From Squalus acanthias (Eukaryota), in NCBI GenBank assembly GCA_030390025.1, contig CM059432.1:153266001-153330000 (forward strand): a stretch of 64,000 nt of DNA. Reading direction: 5' to 3'. The position numbers and the translations under genes are program-made. A model generated the notes under the pieces. The model had not been told where the DNA came from. It did not search any database and saw only the letters and a program-made list of their open reading frames with translations. This document shows, piece by piece, positions 1-12,792 of this stretch. Each line of letters opens with the position of its first letter. Position 1 is the first letter of the stretch.

Positions 1-7
1 GGCCAGA

Positions 8-240
8 GAAGTTTACAGCACAGAAGAAGGCCATTCAGCCCATTGTCTCAGCTGGCTCTTTGCTAGAAATCCAAAACTTATCCCACTGCCCTGTTCTCTC
101 CTCATAGCCCTGTATCTTCTACTTCAAATATTTACCCACTTTCAATGAAAAGATGCGATGGTCTCTGCCTCAACTACTTCCTGTTTCAAAACATTCCACG
201 TTCTGAACAGCCTCTGCACGAAGAAATTTCTCCTAACCTC
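8..240 (-). mobile_element. Old CR1 LINE 3' fragment
   Basis: Degenerate match to the CR1 3' ends seen elsewhere in the window (acagcacagaag..ggccattcagccc tail; gaagaaatttctcct = FFTQR region). Confidence 0.65.
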
Positions 241-2144
241 TCTCCTTATTCTCACCTACACACACGACATTTCCCACAAGAAGTACAGGGGATGGAGCAG
301 GAACTGTTCTCAGAAGAGTGGAGAAATTAAAATTAAAAAGAGATTTAAAAAAGAAAGATGTCAGACATAGGCAGAAAATGGAGCAGTGTGGAGATTCTAG
401 AGGGAAGGTGCAGCAGAGGGCCACTGGTCATAAGGAAGTGCTTTAGGGGATACTAGAATATTGCAAAGCCCAAACCACAGGCCACAAAAAAATTACTACT
501 TCAGCAACATTTTCATCTTTGAACAATTTCTTACCATGACACTCAAAAATCCTGCCATCTTCCTTTGCTTTGTCATCCACATTGCCACTTCACTCATGAA
601 ACCTTTTGTACATATCCTTGGCGTATTAGCACAATATGACTGAACAGTTTTTTTACAGCCTCCTCTGTTCCTCTCTTTTATTACTTCCTTACCAAGTTAT
701 TTTCACTCCAGTGACCTGGTGCTAAATTAAAACAGGGCTCTGCTTTTCTTCTTCCATCTGCATACCTCTTCTACATCAGTAGGCCTGCTGGGATGTCTCA
801 GCTCACCATGCTATTGTCAGTTAGTATAGTACAGCACTTGTCCGTTTTTAAGACTGAAGCCAAGTCTTGCCTCCTCAGTGCTGTTATAAGTTAAAATAAC
901 TTTCTTTCTTTCACATTGATCCCTCCCACTGATAAGCTCCCTGCCAGGTACATCAACTTATTTGAATGCACCAAATAACTTTGGCAGCTTGGTTTCATTT
1001 GAATAAAACAGCTTGTTACTCTTACTCGCGCTAGACTTTCAGGCGCTATAAATGCGTTCAACCAAGATGCCATATTTACCCCGTATCTTTAGTGCCTGGT
1101 TTATAATGGATGACGTAATGTGTGAATCCATGTCCACCTCGAATGTGAGGAACGCCGAGAAATTTCTATGGTGATTTTCCAACTAATTTTTACAGGAAGT
1201 TCGTTGGTCTCTGCTGTGCAGTGACTGCCTCTTCACACTCACGCAAACTCCTCAGTGCATGTGCTCAACCACAGTGCAACATAATCTCTCTCTGATCATT
1301 GGTAGCCCACCGACTCTTAGATGCCAACTTTTTGTACTTTTTATAGCAGTTCCTTTTACTATACCCCATGTAATCTTCACTCAGCCCTATATTACTTCAC
1401 AGTAGGTTAAAAAAATAAGGAACCAATTTTTTAGTCCCTCTATGCAGACCAACCAACTCCACTGCACATGGCGGAAATCTCAGATAAAAAATGTTAATCG
1501 CTGGCCTACTATAGAGCCGAGAAATCCTGCCTTCACACTTTTCTTTTGTCTTCGCTGGTTGGAGAGCAAGAGAAAACAGAGGCTAGGAAGACCTGGTTGG
1601 AGGGGGGGCGACAATTGTTGTTGGCCTCATGAACTGTTCTCAGGCAGTAAACAGAAGATTTTTTAAAAATCGTGTCCCTCCCAACTCAATTTTGGAGTGG
1701 TCTTCAAAATGGGCAACCAGTGCTCCTGCCCAGAGCAGGAGAGCCTGATGCAATTTTGGTGTCTCACTGGGTGGAGCGCACACTCTGTGGCACTGATTTT
1801 TGTGGGACTAGGATGAGCATGCTGGTCATTTAGTGAGCCCCTCTCCCCTCAGGATTGCCTCCCTCCCCTTTAAAGGCGTACTTCCAGCGCGGCTCCATAG
1901 AGGAGCTGCCAGATTTCTCCCCCGTCCCTTCCCCTGGTTGGTGACCTTCCTTGTTGAGTGCTGGAAACTCGCCGATCAAATTAAAATGCGGCTCGATTTT
2001 GAAAATGGTTCGGGCCCTTTGGCCTTTTAAAGGCTGTAATCGTCACTGCTCATTTTTTTTTATTCATTGGCTGACAATGAGGTAGTAGTTAGGGCTAGTG
2101 GTTTGTCCTGGATTGACAATCTGTGACAAGATTAGTTCCAGTTT

Positions 2145-2655
2145 AGTGTTCTGGCCAATATTTATCCCTCATACAACATCACTAAAACAGGTTGTCCAGT
2201 CATCTATCTCACTGCTGTTTGTGGGACCTTGCTGTGTGCAAATTGGCTGCCACATTTCCTTCATTACAACAGTGACTACACTTCAAAAGTACTTAATTGG
2301 CTTTAAAGCACTTGAGGAACATAGGAACAGGAGGAGGACATTCAGCCCCTCGAGCCTATTCCGCCATTCAATGAGATCATGGCTGATCTGCGACCTAACT
2401 CCATATACCCGCCTTTGGCCCATATCCCTTAATACCTTTGGTTAACAAAAATCTATCGATCTCAGATTTAAAATCCGTTTGCAGAAGAGAGTTCCAAACT
2501 TCTACCACCCTTTGTGTGTAGAAGTGTTTCCTAATTTCACCCCTGAAAGGCCCGGCTCTAATTTTTAGACTATGCCCCCAGTCCTAGAATCCTCAACCAG
2601 CAGAAACGTCTTGAGGTCGTGAAAGGCACTATGTAAATGCTAGTTCTTCTCTCTT
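2145..2655 (+). mobile_element. 3' half of DeuSINE (SacSINE1-like), split by a CR1 insertion
   Basis: ctggccaatatttatccctca...acaacagtgactacacttcaaaagtac, resuming after 2608 with gtgaaaggcactatgtaaatgc tail, as in full copies at 18692 and 51503. Confidence 0.8.
2316..2608 (-). mobile_element. CR1 3' fragment nested in DeuSINE
   Basis: aacataggaacagg tail repeat, gatcatggctgatc 3'UTR and ORF2 C-terminal remnant. Confidence 0.8.
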
Positions 2656-3545
2656 CTTTTCCATGGTCATGTCCTGAATCTTTTCTTGTTGATTTTACCA
2701 ATGGTGAGGAAGTTTTCCAGAGGTAAATGTAACACATTATACCATGTGGTGACACTGCTCCACAATCACCACATTCACCATCACTGTCTTGTTGAGTCTC
2801 TGCCATGGATACTTACTCCTGTACAACTCAGCTTCTTTAAGATGCTGCGCACAGGTTAGAGGGTAGATTTTATAAATAGGTGCTTCCAGCGCAGAACCTC
2901 CACAAAGGGAATGTATCTCAGGAATTGGATGTTTACATCCATTAATTACAAATGGGGGCGCATGTATCTCCACACCCGAATATCCGGTATAGAAACATGG
3001 AAAATCTAAATCCCAGGAACGACCGTGAGTCTGCCACTTTTCTGCTGTCCTAGTAATTGTAATCAAATGTATTTCTTTTCCAAATAATTGAAGAGATCAA
3101 AGGGACTTGCCCCTATAACGTACTGTAGTAACCTACTCCATAAACTGATCACCTTCTCAGTGAAGCAACTAAAGCTGTCTTACCATAGAGACCTAAATCT
3201 AGCCCAGAATACAATCGGGTCCTCTTGTTCTGCTATCCTCTACACCCCGAGCCTTATTAATTTGAAGAGCTTTCATCTACTGCTCTCCAACGAGGGCCCC
3301 AGTTCTGTGAGTGTGCTCCTGTCACACAAGGCCGTGCTAATACATAGACACTGGGGCCTAGCAATTCGATTGTGTACTGTCCGTTGTTTGGGCGTTACGG
3401 ATGCTGTTTTGGGTCAAAAATGGCGTCCGAGCAGCACGCGCACAATTCTGGTGCGGGCCGCAATGAACACCACCTTGTGAGGGAGGAAGCATCGGCGCTG
3501 GGCGCGTGTGCTAGAAGTATGTAGAGAAGGCAGATCATGATGTCA

Positions 3546-4225
3546 ACATAAGAACATAAGAATTAGGAGCAGGAATAGGCCATACGGCCTTTCGAGCCTG
3601 CTCCGCCATTCAATAAGATCATGGCTGATTTTCGTCCTCAACTCCACGTTCCTGCCCAATCCCCATATCCCTTGATTCCTTTAGAGTCCAAAAATCCATC
3701 TATCTCAGCCTTGAATATACTCAATGACTGAGCATCCACAGCCCTCTGGGGTAGAGAATTCCAAAGATTCACAAGCCTCTGAGTGAAGAAATTCCTCCTC
3801 ATCTCAGTCCTACATGGCCGACCCCTTATCCTGAGACTATGCCCCCTAGTTCTAGACTCTCCAGTCAGGGGAAACAACCTCTCAGCATCTACCCTGTCAA
3901 TCCCCCTCAGAATATTATATGTTTCAAAGAGAGTACCTCTCATTCTTCTAAACTCCAGAGAATATAGGCCCAATCTACTCAATCTCTCCACATAGGACAA
4001 CCCTCTAATCCCAGGGATCAATCTAGTGAACCTTCATTGCACCGCCTCTAAGGCTAGTATGTCCTTCCTCAGAACTATCATACCTTTTAATCTAATTTCC
4101 CAATATACCTTAGCCAACTCGCCCCTCATTCCTATGTAATTGGCTTTATTTAAGTTTTAAGACTCTCATTTCATACTTAAGTCTTTCACTCTCAAACTCA
4201 ATGTGAAATTCTGTCATATTATCAT
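3546..4225 (-). mobile_element. CR1 fragment with large internal deletion, nested in Harbinger copy 1
   Basis: ORF 3638-4021 is CR1 ORF2 C-terminus (LGLYSLEFRRMRG...FFTQRLVNLWNSLP); 4075-4225 matches the post-endonuclease linker seen at ~14885-15025; aacataag tail repeats. Confidence 0.85.
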
Positions 4226-4339
4226 GCATCGCTGATTTGATGCCAGTCCTGCCATTTTCGTCCTCAATGCTGGAAGTAATGCCCTTGTTAACCTTGCTTC
4301 TGACTTCAAGGGTTCTGGTCAGACCACTTGCTCCCAGTC

Positions 4340-5458
4340 GTTGGGTGCTCCAGTTGTCTCACCCCTTGGCCTGCAGCATGACAGGGAGATAGAGCAGAGG
4401 CAGCAAAGAAGAGGACAAGCTGCTCGCAGAGAGAGGAGGAGGAGGGGGAGAAGGGCTCTCAGCAGGAGCCCTTACCTACCATGGTCTTCCGAGAGCAATT
4501 CTCCTACCTCAACCTGAGCCAGGAGCAGTGTGTGAGGCGTCCACGCTTTATGAAGGAGGTGCCCACAGAACTCTGCCACCTCTTGCAACCAGACCTGCAG
4601 CCTCACTCCAGGGCATGGACAGCGCTGCCAGTGGCTGTGAAGGTGACCGTGGCCCTGAATTTCTTCACACGGGATACTTCCAGGCTGGAGCAGGCGACAT
4701 CTGTAACATCTCCCAGTTCACCATGCACTGCTGTATAAGAGAGGTGACAGACGCTCTTTATGCCAGGAGAGGTGCATTCATTGTCTTTTCCCTGACGAGA
4801 GAGAAGCAGGCGGAGCTTGCAAGTAGCTTTGTCAAAATAGCAGGCTTCCCCATGAGGCAGACCATCATCGACTGCATGCACGCGGCTTTGCGGGCACCTT
4901 ATCTAAATGCTGAGGTGTACCACAACTGCAAAGGTTACCGCTCGCTGAATGTGCAGTTGGTGGGCAACCATGATGGTGAATACCCAACATCATGATGCTT
5001 TTATTCTGTACCAGTCCGCTGTTCCCTTAATCTTTGAGCCACCAAGACAAACCAGAGACTGGCTAGTGGGCGACAAGGGCTATCTACTGACCACCCTGCT
5101 CATGACTCCACTCCACAACCCAACCACACGTGGACTGCGTGCGTACAATGGGAGCCATGCTGCTACACGGAATTTGTTAGAGAAGACCATTGGCATCCTT
5201 AAACAACGCTTATGCTGCCTGGGCCGCTCTGGAGGAGCCCTGCAGTACTCACCCTGCAGAATGTGTCTCAAGATTCGTAACCTCACCATCATGAGGGCAC
5301 AGACCTTGCCACCAGGCATACGGCGACCAGCTGAGGAGGAGAAGGAGGAAGAGGAGGAAGAAGTGGAAGAGGAAGAAGCGGAAGGGAGGAGGGAACCCAG
5401 ATGGCACCTTTCTGCCCGGGCTGCCCATGATCGACTCATCCACCTGCGGTACGAGTGA
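4340..5458 (+). pseudogene. Harbinger (HARBI1-like DDE_Tnp_4) transposase, frameshifted
   Basis: Motifs ALNFF/GYFQ, GFP..IIDCMH, HNCKGYRSLNVQ, HDAF, GDKGY, LEKTIGILKQR, acidic C-tail; split over three ORFs; AATAAA at 5551. Confidence 0.9.
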
Positions 5459-5626
5459 ACGCAACTCCAATTCCCCATTCAACATTAGTCCCACACTTTA
5501 CCTTTCCTCTGTTACTGACCATCACAGCGTCCTCTTGGCCACTATGCTGAAATAAAGCCACCACAAGAGAAACATTCCAATCCAACTTTATCCATCAATC
5601 CATCCAATATAACCTAACAAAGTCAA

Positions 5627-7353
5627 TTAATAACCCCTGTGCATTCCATTAGTTGCTGTCTTCAGTGTGCCTTTGCCTGTCCTGGTGCTCCTACGAAGTG
5701 CTACCCCAGTGGCTGCAGCATAGCTGGTAGAAGACTGCTGACTTTCAGTGGGGGAGACTGCAGATAGCCTTGCAGGATGACCTCAAGCACCTCTGGGCCT
5801 AGAAGGCCCGGCTGCAGACTGCACCACCTTGGCAGGCGGTAGCAGTCTGGGCTGGCCGGCTGACAGGCAACAGCAAAGGCACTGGCGGAGTGTCAGTGAT
5901 GGGAGGACAAATACAGTAATCCTCAGACAGGTTCGTCCTCCACGGAGCCACTGCCACTCCCTGGGGCGGCGTCTCAGCATTTCTAGCCATCTGTTGGAGG
6001 ACAGATTGCTGGGCTGCTGTGACACCCTGCAAGCCCCTTTCCACACTGGTAAACCCAGCCGTGATGGCAGCAGTCTGAGCTTGCATGACTTCAGTCTGAG
6101 CTTCCACTGCAGCACTCAGACATAGGGTGGCTTGTGTTGCAATGGAGGCTGAGACATCAGCCATCAGACGTAAGGTTGGTACCGTACTCCTCCCTGCTCC
6201 TTCACATTGCACTCAGGCTTTCTGGTAGGCCTGTCAATGCACCAAACATTTCATTGTGCATACCCATTTGCGTTCTTCTGTAGGCCGCCCCATCAAAGTC
6301 CTCATCTGAGTCCTCTGCAGCAGAACATGTGTGCGACCTCACTGTCCAGGGAGCTGGAACCTGCGCTACTCTTTCCCCCTGCCCTGGCTGTAGCCCACTC
6401 CTGCCCGGTGACTCATCACAAGCAGATTCTGCCTCTAAGCTACCCTCTAAACTCCGCGCAGTGCCAGTGTCTAAGCTGGTGGCTGTGAGTGTCATATCAA
6501 GTGACGGTGTTTCTTCTTCTTCATCACTCTTCTCTCCCTCTTCTTGTACAACCACTGGCTGGGCATGTTGGATTTCTTCGGTAACTGAAATGAGAAAGGC
6601 ACAAGGGTCGGGTTGTGGTGAGGTGAAGGGGGAAAGCAAGAGCTGCGTGCTTACACCATGTGCAGATTGTAAATCAGATTGTGGGATGTGAGAAGGAGGA
6701 TAACGTATGAGGATACCCGTGCCATGCCCCTGCCAAGAATGGCCAGCACCATCTCCTCCAAGGGGGTGAGGCGATGCAGGCGAGCCTGTACCCCGCCGGT
6801 TAGGTTCTGCTGGCGCCGGTTATGCACCACCATTTCCTGCAAGAGAAAGGGAAGTGTGTCAGTGAGTGTGGTGCCATGTGTTTGGGTGATGTGCCTGTCA
6901 TGGTTGAATAGCTGACAGTGTGTGCAAGCTGTGAGATGTGGGTGTGAGGCTTGCAGCAGTGGTAAGTGTGTGAGGGTGAAGTGAAGCTATGAATGTGAGG
7001 TATGAGTCGTGTTTGGTAGAGATTGCTGGTAGGTGAGTGATAGGGGTGTGCTGCATTGAGCAGTGTGTGAGGCTAGGGGTGCAGATGGTGGGATTTGGTA
7101 TTTGAAGATGAATTCACTGATCTTGACCACTCATGTGCGGTCATTAAACTGCTTCCTGCACTGAGTCCTTGTCCTCGGGGCAACACTGCTGGCATTCAAC
7201 AAATTTTCCATCTGCTCCCATTGCAATTTTGTCTGTTGCCTGTAGGACCCCCTGTGGAAAAAGGACCTCTCTTCTTGACTTGCCCTCCTGCACTAAGGCC
7301 TCCAGTGTTGCATTGGAGAACCTTGGTGCAGGCTCTCTCCCCTGTTGTGCCAT
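5627..7353 (-). pseudogene. Harbinger Myb/SANT-like (trihelix) partner gene, three-exon remnant
   Basis: Exon 1 MAQQGREPAPRFSNATLEALVQE..RREVLF..QCRKQFND (7353-~7122); exon 2 after ttctcttgcag acceptor at 6836 (NLTGG..LTPLEEMVL); exon 3 after ctcatttcag at 6584; frameshifts and stops. Confidence 0.8.
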
Positions 7354-7539
7354 TATTAATAGATTTTTTCCACTGGCTTCCCCAGCCAGTTCAATGAGCT
7401 GCTGCAGGCAGAATGCACCTCCCCTTTAAGAGGTGCAGACTATCTTTAAGTAGTGCAGGCTAGCTGTAATTGGTGCTAGCCTCGCACGAACTTGGGCCCT
7501 CTGCTGAGCGTTCAGTGCTGGGCTGAACATAGCAATCAT

Positions 7540-8328
7540 GCTAATCGCGCCACAGAAGTGCCAGGCAATGATTATCTCCAACAAGCGAGAGTCTAACCAC
7601 CTCCCCTTGACATTCAACGGCATTACCATCGCCGAATCCCCCACCATCAACATCCTAGGTGTCACCATTGACCAGAAACTTAAACCGGACCAGCCACATA
7701 AATACTGTGGCAACAAGAGCAGGTCAGAGGCCAGGTATTCTGCGGCAAGTGTCTCACCTCCTGACTCCCCAAAGCCTTTCCACCATCTACAAGGCACAAG
7801 TAAGGAGTGTGATGGAATACTCTCCACTTGCCTGGATAAGTGCAGCTCCAACAACACTAAAGAAGCTCGACACCATCCAGGACAAAGCAGCCCGCTTGAT
7901 TGGCACCTCATCCACCACCTTAAACATTCACTCCTTCCACCACTGGCGCACCGTGGCTGCAGTGTGTACCATCTACAAGATGCACTGCAGCAACTCGCCA
8001 AGGCTTCTTCGGCAGCACCTCCAAAACCCACGACCTCTTCCACCTAGAAGGACAAGGGCAGCAGGTGCATGGGAACACCACCACCTCCAAGTTCCCCTCC
8101 AAGTCACACACCATCCTGACTTGGAAGTATATCGCCAATCCTTCATTGTCACTGGGTCAAAATCCTGGAACTCCCTACCTAACAGCACTGTGGGAGTACC
8201 TTCACCACACGGACTGCAGCGGTTCAAGAAGGCGGCTCACCACCACCTTCTCGAGGGCAATTAGGGATGGGCAATAAATGCTGGCCTTGCCAGCAACGCC
8301 CACATCCCATAAACGAATAAAAAAAAAA
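7540..8328 (+). mobile_element. LINE family B (CR1-group, poly(A)-tailed) 3' fragment nested in Harbinger copy 1
   Basis: YKAQVRSVMEYSPLAW..KLDTIQDKAARLIG..SWNSLP ORF2 C-terminus, 3'UTR gggcaattagggatgggcaataaatgc, poly(A). Confidence 0.9.
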
Positions 8329-9295
8329 GCAGGCAGCATGAGATTCGCTGCCTACAGTATGAGGTTCGCTGCCTACAGTATCCGAACGGGCGCGTGTTGC
8401 TAGCTCATCGTGATCCTCTTGCCCGTTTTCAGGAGAAAACCAATTTCTAGGCCAGGATATTGTCAGCTCTTTAGCACAGCAGTTGAATAGTACAGTTCTC
8501 TTGTGTTACACTCATTATTCTTAAACATGCTGCACGACTGTATACTCCAAGCACCATTTCCATAATTATACAGTAGGGTTGGTAACATGGATAGCTATTT
8601 TCCACAATAATCCCTTGATTGGGGACTTAGGGAAAAGAGTTGTTGCAGTAAACCCTGCCCATCTTGATTTGATGTGGTGACAAAAGGACTGTAATCACCT
8701 AGCTGTACCAGTGCATGGGAACTGATTGGACAAATCGGGAAGACTCATGCCAAGCCTCATTGTGTCTGACTTTAATCATAATAATAATCTTGCACCCTCC
8801 CATTCTTTTATAACTAGTTCTCCTTTCAAAGAAATGAACTCTCGCGTTCTCTCCTTTCCTCCTGGCTATGTCAGTGATGTTGGTAACAGAAATCCACTGC
8901 CAGTTCCTCACTTAACATACCCTCTGTCACAGACATTCACCCTTCATCAACAGTTCTTGCAAAACACCTCGAAAGGACTTTTATTTGTACACAAGGGTTT
9001 AGTGCCTCCTCATATATGCAATGGCACAAAGAGCGATATGGGAAGAAAATATTTTATTCCATATCAGTGCCTCAGGCAACACAGCACTCATTCGAAATGG
9101 CACGTTAACTGCAATCGGCCTCCATGTAAAAAAAAATGCCCTAACAGCAGAATGGCATTTTCCATGCATTGGGCTAGAAAGAGGGCTGAGAACTGCCCAC
9201 TCAAAATTTCTTCCTATGCCCATCTGATTGGCGCTGTCACTAATGGCACACCTGACTGACCACATAACGGTCTCTAGTTGTAAACATAGCTCATG

Positions 9296-9712
9296 AAGTC
9301 CCACTCCAGAGATTTGAGCACATAATCTAGGTTGGCATATCAGTGCAGTACTGAGGGAGTGCTGCACTGTCGAAGGTGCCGCATTTCAAATGAGACATTA
9401 AACTGAGGTCCTGTCTGCCCTCTCAGGTGGATGTAAAAGATCCCACGGCACTATTTTGAAGAAGAGCAGGTGAGTTCTCCCAGTGTCCTGGCCAACATTT
9501 ATCCCTCAACCTACACCTAAAACAGATTATCTGATCATTTATATCATTGTGGTTTGTGGGACCTTGCTGTGTGCAAATTGGCTGCTGCATTTCCTATATT
9601 ACAACAGTGACTACACTCCAAAAGTACTTGGTTGTAAAGCGCTTTAGGACGTCCTGAGGTCATGAGAGGACATCATGAAAGGCACTATATAAATGTAAGT
9701 CTTTCCTTCTTT
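9296..9712 (+). mobile_element. DeuSINE (SacSINE1-like)
   Basis: Deu-domain-like gagacattaaactgagg...aaagatcccacggcact...tcctggccaacatt; tail aaaggcactatataaatg; head truncated. Confidence 0.85.
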
Positions 9713-11361
9713 ATTTTATATTAAAACTATAGGAAATTATTCATCATAAATCTACATCTTAGCAAACATATGCAATTATAAATACATCTAATTGCAGCAG
9801 AATTAGAGTGATGGGCCTGGCAGGATGAGCTGGATGTTGCGGGCCAAGGCCCTGGCTGGGTTCTCGGTTGAGGTCTGGGTGGCCGGGTGTGATATTTCTG
9901 TTTCACAGGTCAAAATTGCACATAACAGAAGACTTAACACTGGCTTTTGAAAATAATGCCAAGAAGCTCGGATGTACTGGTTTTCATGAACAACGGCTAA
10001 TTGCTAATTGAACTGCCCCGACTCTTTGGAAAAATATTGTATTGTTTGAATAATTCCCAGCAAACGTTTCCTTTACCTTTGGAAAAAAAAGTACTTTGGG
10101 ATTTTCTAAGTGTTTCAGACTTTTTCCCTTTTGACTTATTGTTACTGTTAAGTGTGCGGCTTCCCATTTTATTATATATCATTTCATCCATTTACATAAC
10201 TCTCTATAGACCTCTGTCCTTCTAATGTTCCATACCATGTGTTTTCCATTTGAGCGTTGATGACTTTCGCATGTGCACCTTTTGATTTTTTGCTCTGCTG
10301 TATATGTTGCACATTTTCTTCCTTTCTTAATCTGTATATTTTATTTAATCTTCAGTCTGAAGTCCTCACTCTGACTAACCTCCTCACTCTTTTTAACTGC
10401 TTCACTGCTGCAGCCTGCTAGCACTTTAATAAATTCATTGCCTTCTTATAGCCTCTCATAGTTGGAGATTAAAAGATGGCTGACAGTTAGAGGCAAAGCT
10501 TTGGTGCAAGTAAAGGAGTTCTAACGTCTCAGGTTAAAACACGAGCATTGGATAAGGCCTCGGGCCTCATGTACATAAAATTGGCCAGCTGCGGACTGCA
10601 ATCAGTCAGGGCCGCAGGAATTTCAGTCACCACCAACGCACAGGTAGTTCTTGGGAGGAAGGCTGGTTAGGCTGCTGTAGACCCGGAAAAACTGAGTGGA
10701 GTACGGTTGGCGCATGCTCCGCCCAGTTTTTGCTGAATATGGTATCGGGGGTCCTAAAATAGGCAATTGGCCCCTGATTAGCATATTCAAGGAGCCCAAA
10801 GCCTGTTTTAAGCGGTCGCCCTGAGCACTCAGAAGTTATCAGCTGCCAGTTTATCAGGCAGGGCACCTCTGGGAGAGGGGTCTTGGGCATGAGATTGTGC
10901 TCAGAAATTTGTCACCTCCAAACTCTCACTTTTCGCACAGAAATCGGATGCAACGGGGACCGATTCCCCCCCTTGTGTCCACATTGCTGCACGAGCATCG
11001 AATGAAGGCAGCGTGAGTTCGAAATTCGGGCGTGCGTTGCCCGACCATTTGGTGCATGCTGAAACTTCTGATTTGCCCGTGGTGGGAAAGGTTCCCTGCT
11101 GTCAACGTGGACTCGTAATGTTGCCCCTCCCCCCCTTCCCAGTTGGTGCAGTGTCAAGTTGGTTATTAGTGGTTTCCGACCGTGACATTCACATCACAAA
11201 CACTCCGCTTTAATACTAATGCTGGCAGCTTCAAAATAGGGGCGTCAAAAGCTGCAATTTCACAGTGTGGCAGAGATACAACACAAGTGATGCTTGCTAC
11301 ATTATATTTATTATAAAAATCAGTACAATTGGCATTGATAGTAATGCCTTAAAGAACAGGA

Positions 11362-11551
11362 ATGAGAAGTCGCACAACACCAGGTTATAGTCCAACAGTT
11401 TTATTTGAAATTTGAAATCTGTACCTGACGAAGGAGCAGCGCTCCGAAAGCTCGTAATTGCAAATAAAACTGTTGGACTATAACCTGATGTTGTGCAACT
11501 TCTCATTTTTGTCCACCCCAGTCCAACACCGGCATCTCCGCATCATGACCA
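11362..11551 (+). mobile_element. Mini Penelope-type fold-back element, copy 1
   Basis: ~51-bp inverted arms (11362-11412/11456-11506), hammerhead in the loop, tail ttttgtccaccccagtccaacaccggcatctccgcatcatgacc, 13-bp TSD ttaaagaacagga (11349, 11552). Confidence 0.85.
11422..11456 (+). ncRNA. Minimal type I hammerhead ribozyme
   Basis: tac-CTGACGA-a-GGAGC(agc)GCTCC-GAAA-GCT-C-gta: core, 5-bp stem II, palindromic AGCU stem III, stem I tac/gta. Confidence 0.75.
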
Positions 11552-11687
11552 TTAAAGAACAGGAGACTGACTAAAGGAACGAGTTCACCAGCTGAGGAGC
11601 TCAGTGCTTCTTGGTAGACACCATGTACTAAATATTCCCTGGATACCATGACAGGGTTGCCTCCAATGCAGATGCTTTAGAAATATT

Positions 11688-12240
11688 TTACATAGAATGT
11701 ACAGCGCAGAGACAGGCCATTCGGCCCAACAGATCTATGCCGGTGTTTATGCTCCACATGATAATCCTCCCATCCTTCTTCATCTCACCCTATCAGATAT
11801 CCTTCCATCCCTTTCTCCCTCATCTAGCTTCCCCTTAAAGGCATCTATGCTATTCGCTTCAACCACTCCCTCTGGTAGTGAGTTGTACATTCTCACCACT
11901 TTCTGATTAAAGACATTTCTCCTGAATTCCTTATTGGATTTATTAGTGACTATCTTATATTTATGGCACTTGTTTTGAACCCTTTCATAATCTTAAAAAC
12001 CTCTATATGGTCACCTCTCATTCTTCTCTTTTCTAAAGAAAAGAGCCCCGGCCTGTTCAGACTTTCCTGATAATTGTACCCTCTCAGTTCTGGTATCATC
12101 TTTGTAAACCTTTTTTACACTTTCTCCAGTGCTTATATATCCTTTTTATAATATGGAGACCAGAACAGTGCACAGTACTCTGTGTAGTCTAACCAAGGTT
12201 CTATACAAGTTTAACATAACTTCTCTGCTTTTCAATTCTA
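11688..12240 (-). mobile_element. CR1 3' fragment (same subfamily as 44575 and 62870)
   Basis: Tail catagaatgtacagc..ggccattcggcccaac; degenerate LV..EYCALFWSPY region. Confidence 0.8.
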
Positions 12241-12552
12241 AAATTTAGCATTTTTTCTGGGGGAAGTGGGTACAAACATTTTGAGACATGACGTGTGGTA
12301 ATTGCAATGTGCTCGGGAACAACAGATGCCTTTGGACCTAGGCTTCCCAAAGCTTTCCACCACTGGGTTTTTCCTTGAGTCATTTCTGAGTCTGTTGTAG
12401 ACTAATTGATGGAGATTGATTGCTATGTTTAGACAATAACTCCATTATCATTGTATCATGCGCCTACCAAGGTGGTAGAAGGCGAACTAGGTGGACCTCG
12501 GTCTTTTATTGTCTAACAATTCCTATGTTCCTAAATATTTCTTTTCCACCTT

Positions 12553-12792
12553 AAGAACATAAGAACTAGGAGCAGGAGTCGGCCATTCGGCCCCTCGAGC
12601 CCGCTCCACCATTCAATAGATCATGGCTGATCTTCTACCTCATCTCCACTTTCCTGAACTATCCCCATAGCCCCTGATTCCCTTAATATTCAAAAATCTA
12701 TCGATCTCGGTCTTGAATATATTCAACGACTGAGCTTCCAAAGCCCTCTGGGGTAGAGAATTCCAAAGATTCACCACCCTCTGAGTGAAGAA
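12553..12792 (-). mobile_element. Short CR1 3' fragment abutting the tail of the next CR1
   Basis: FFTQRVVNLWNSLPQ..GYG ORF end plus own 3'UTR and taagaaca tail. Confidence 0.85.

Larger units (their letters stand above)
3353..8453. mobile_element. PIF/Harbinger DNA transposon, copy 1 (decayed, both ends present)
   Basis: Imperfect TIRs GGCCTAGCAATTCG (3355) / CCAATTTCTAGGCC (8440-8453) enclosing convergent transposase and Myb/SANT-like genes; interrupted by a CR1 (3546) and a LINE (7540). Confidence 0.8.

Noticed and set aside
4340..5458. Host HARBI1 gene
   Set aside because: Frameshifted, multi-copy, paired with a Myb-like gene inside TIRs: a transposon, not the domesticated gene.
8726..9259. 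177-aa ORF in non-repeat DNA
   Set aside because: Non-ATG start, no recognisable motif or splice context; likely chance.
11362..11551. Fold-back elements as MITEs/DNA transposons
   Set aside because: The inverted arms are not terminal (one-sided tail), TSDs are 12-13 bp and variable, and hammerhead motifs point to Penelope-like retroelements.
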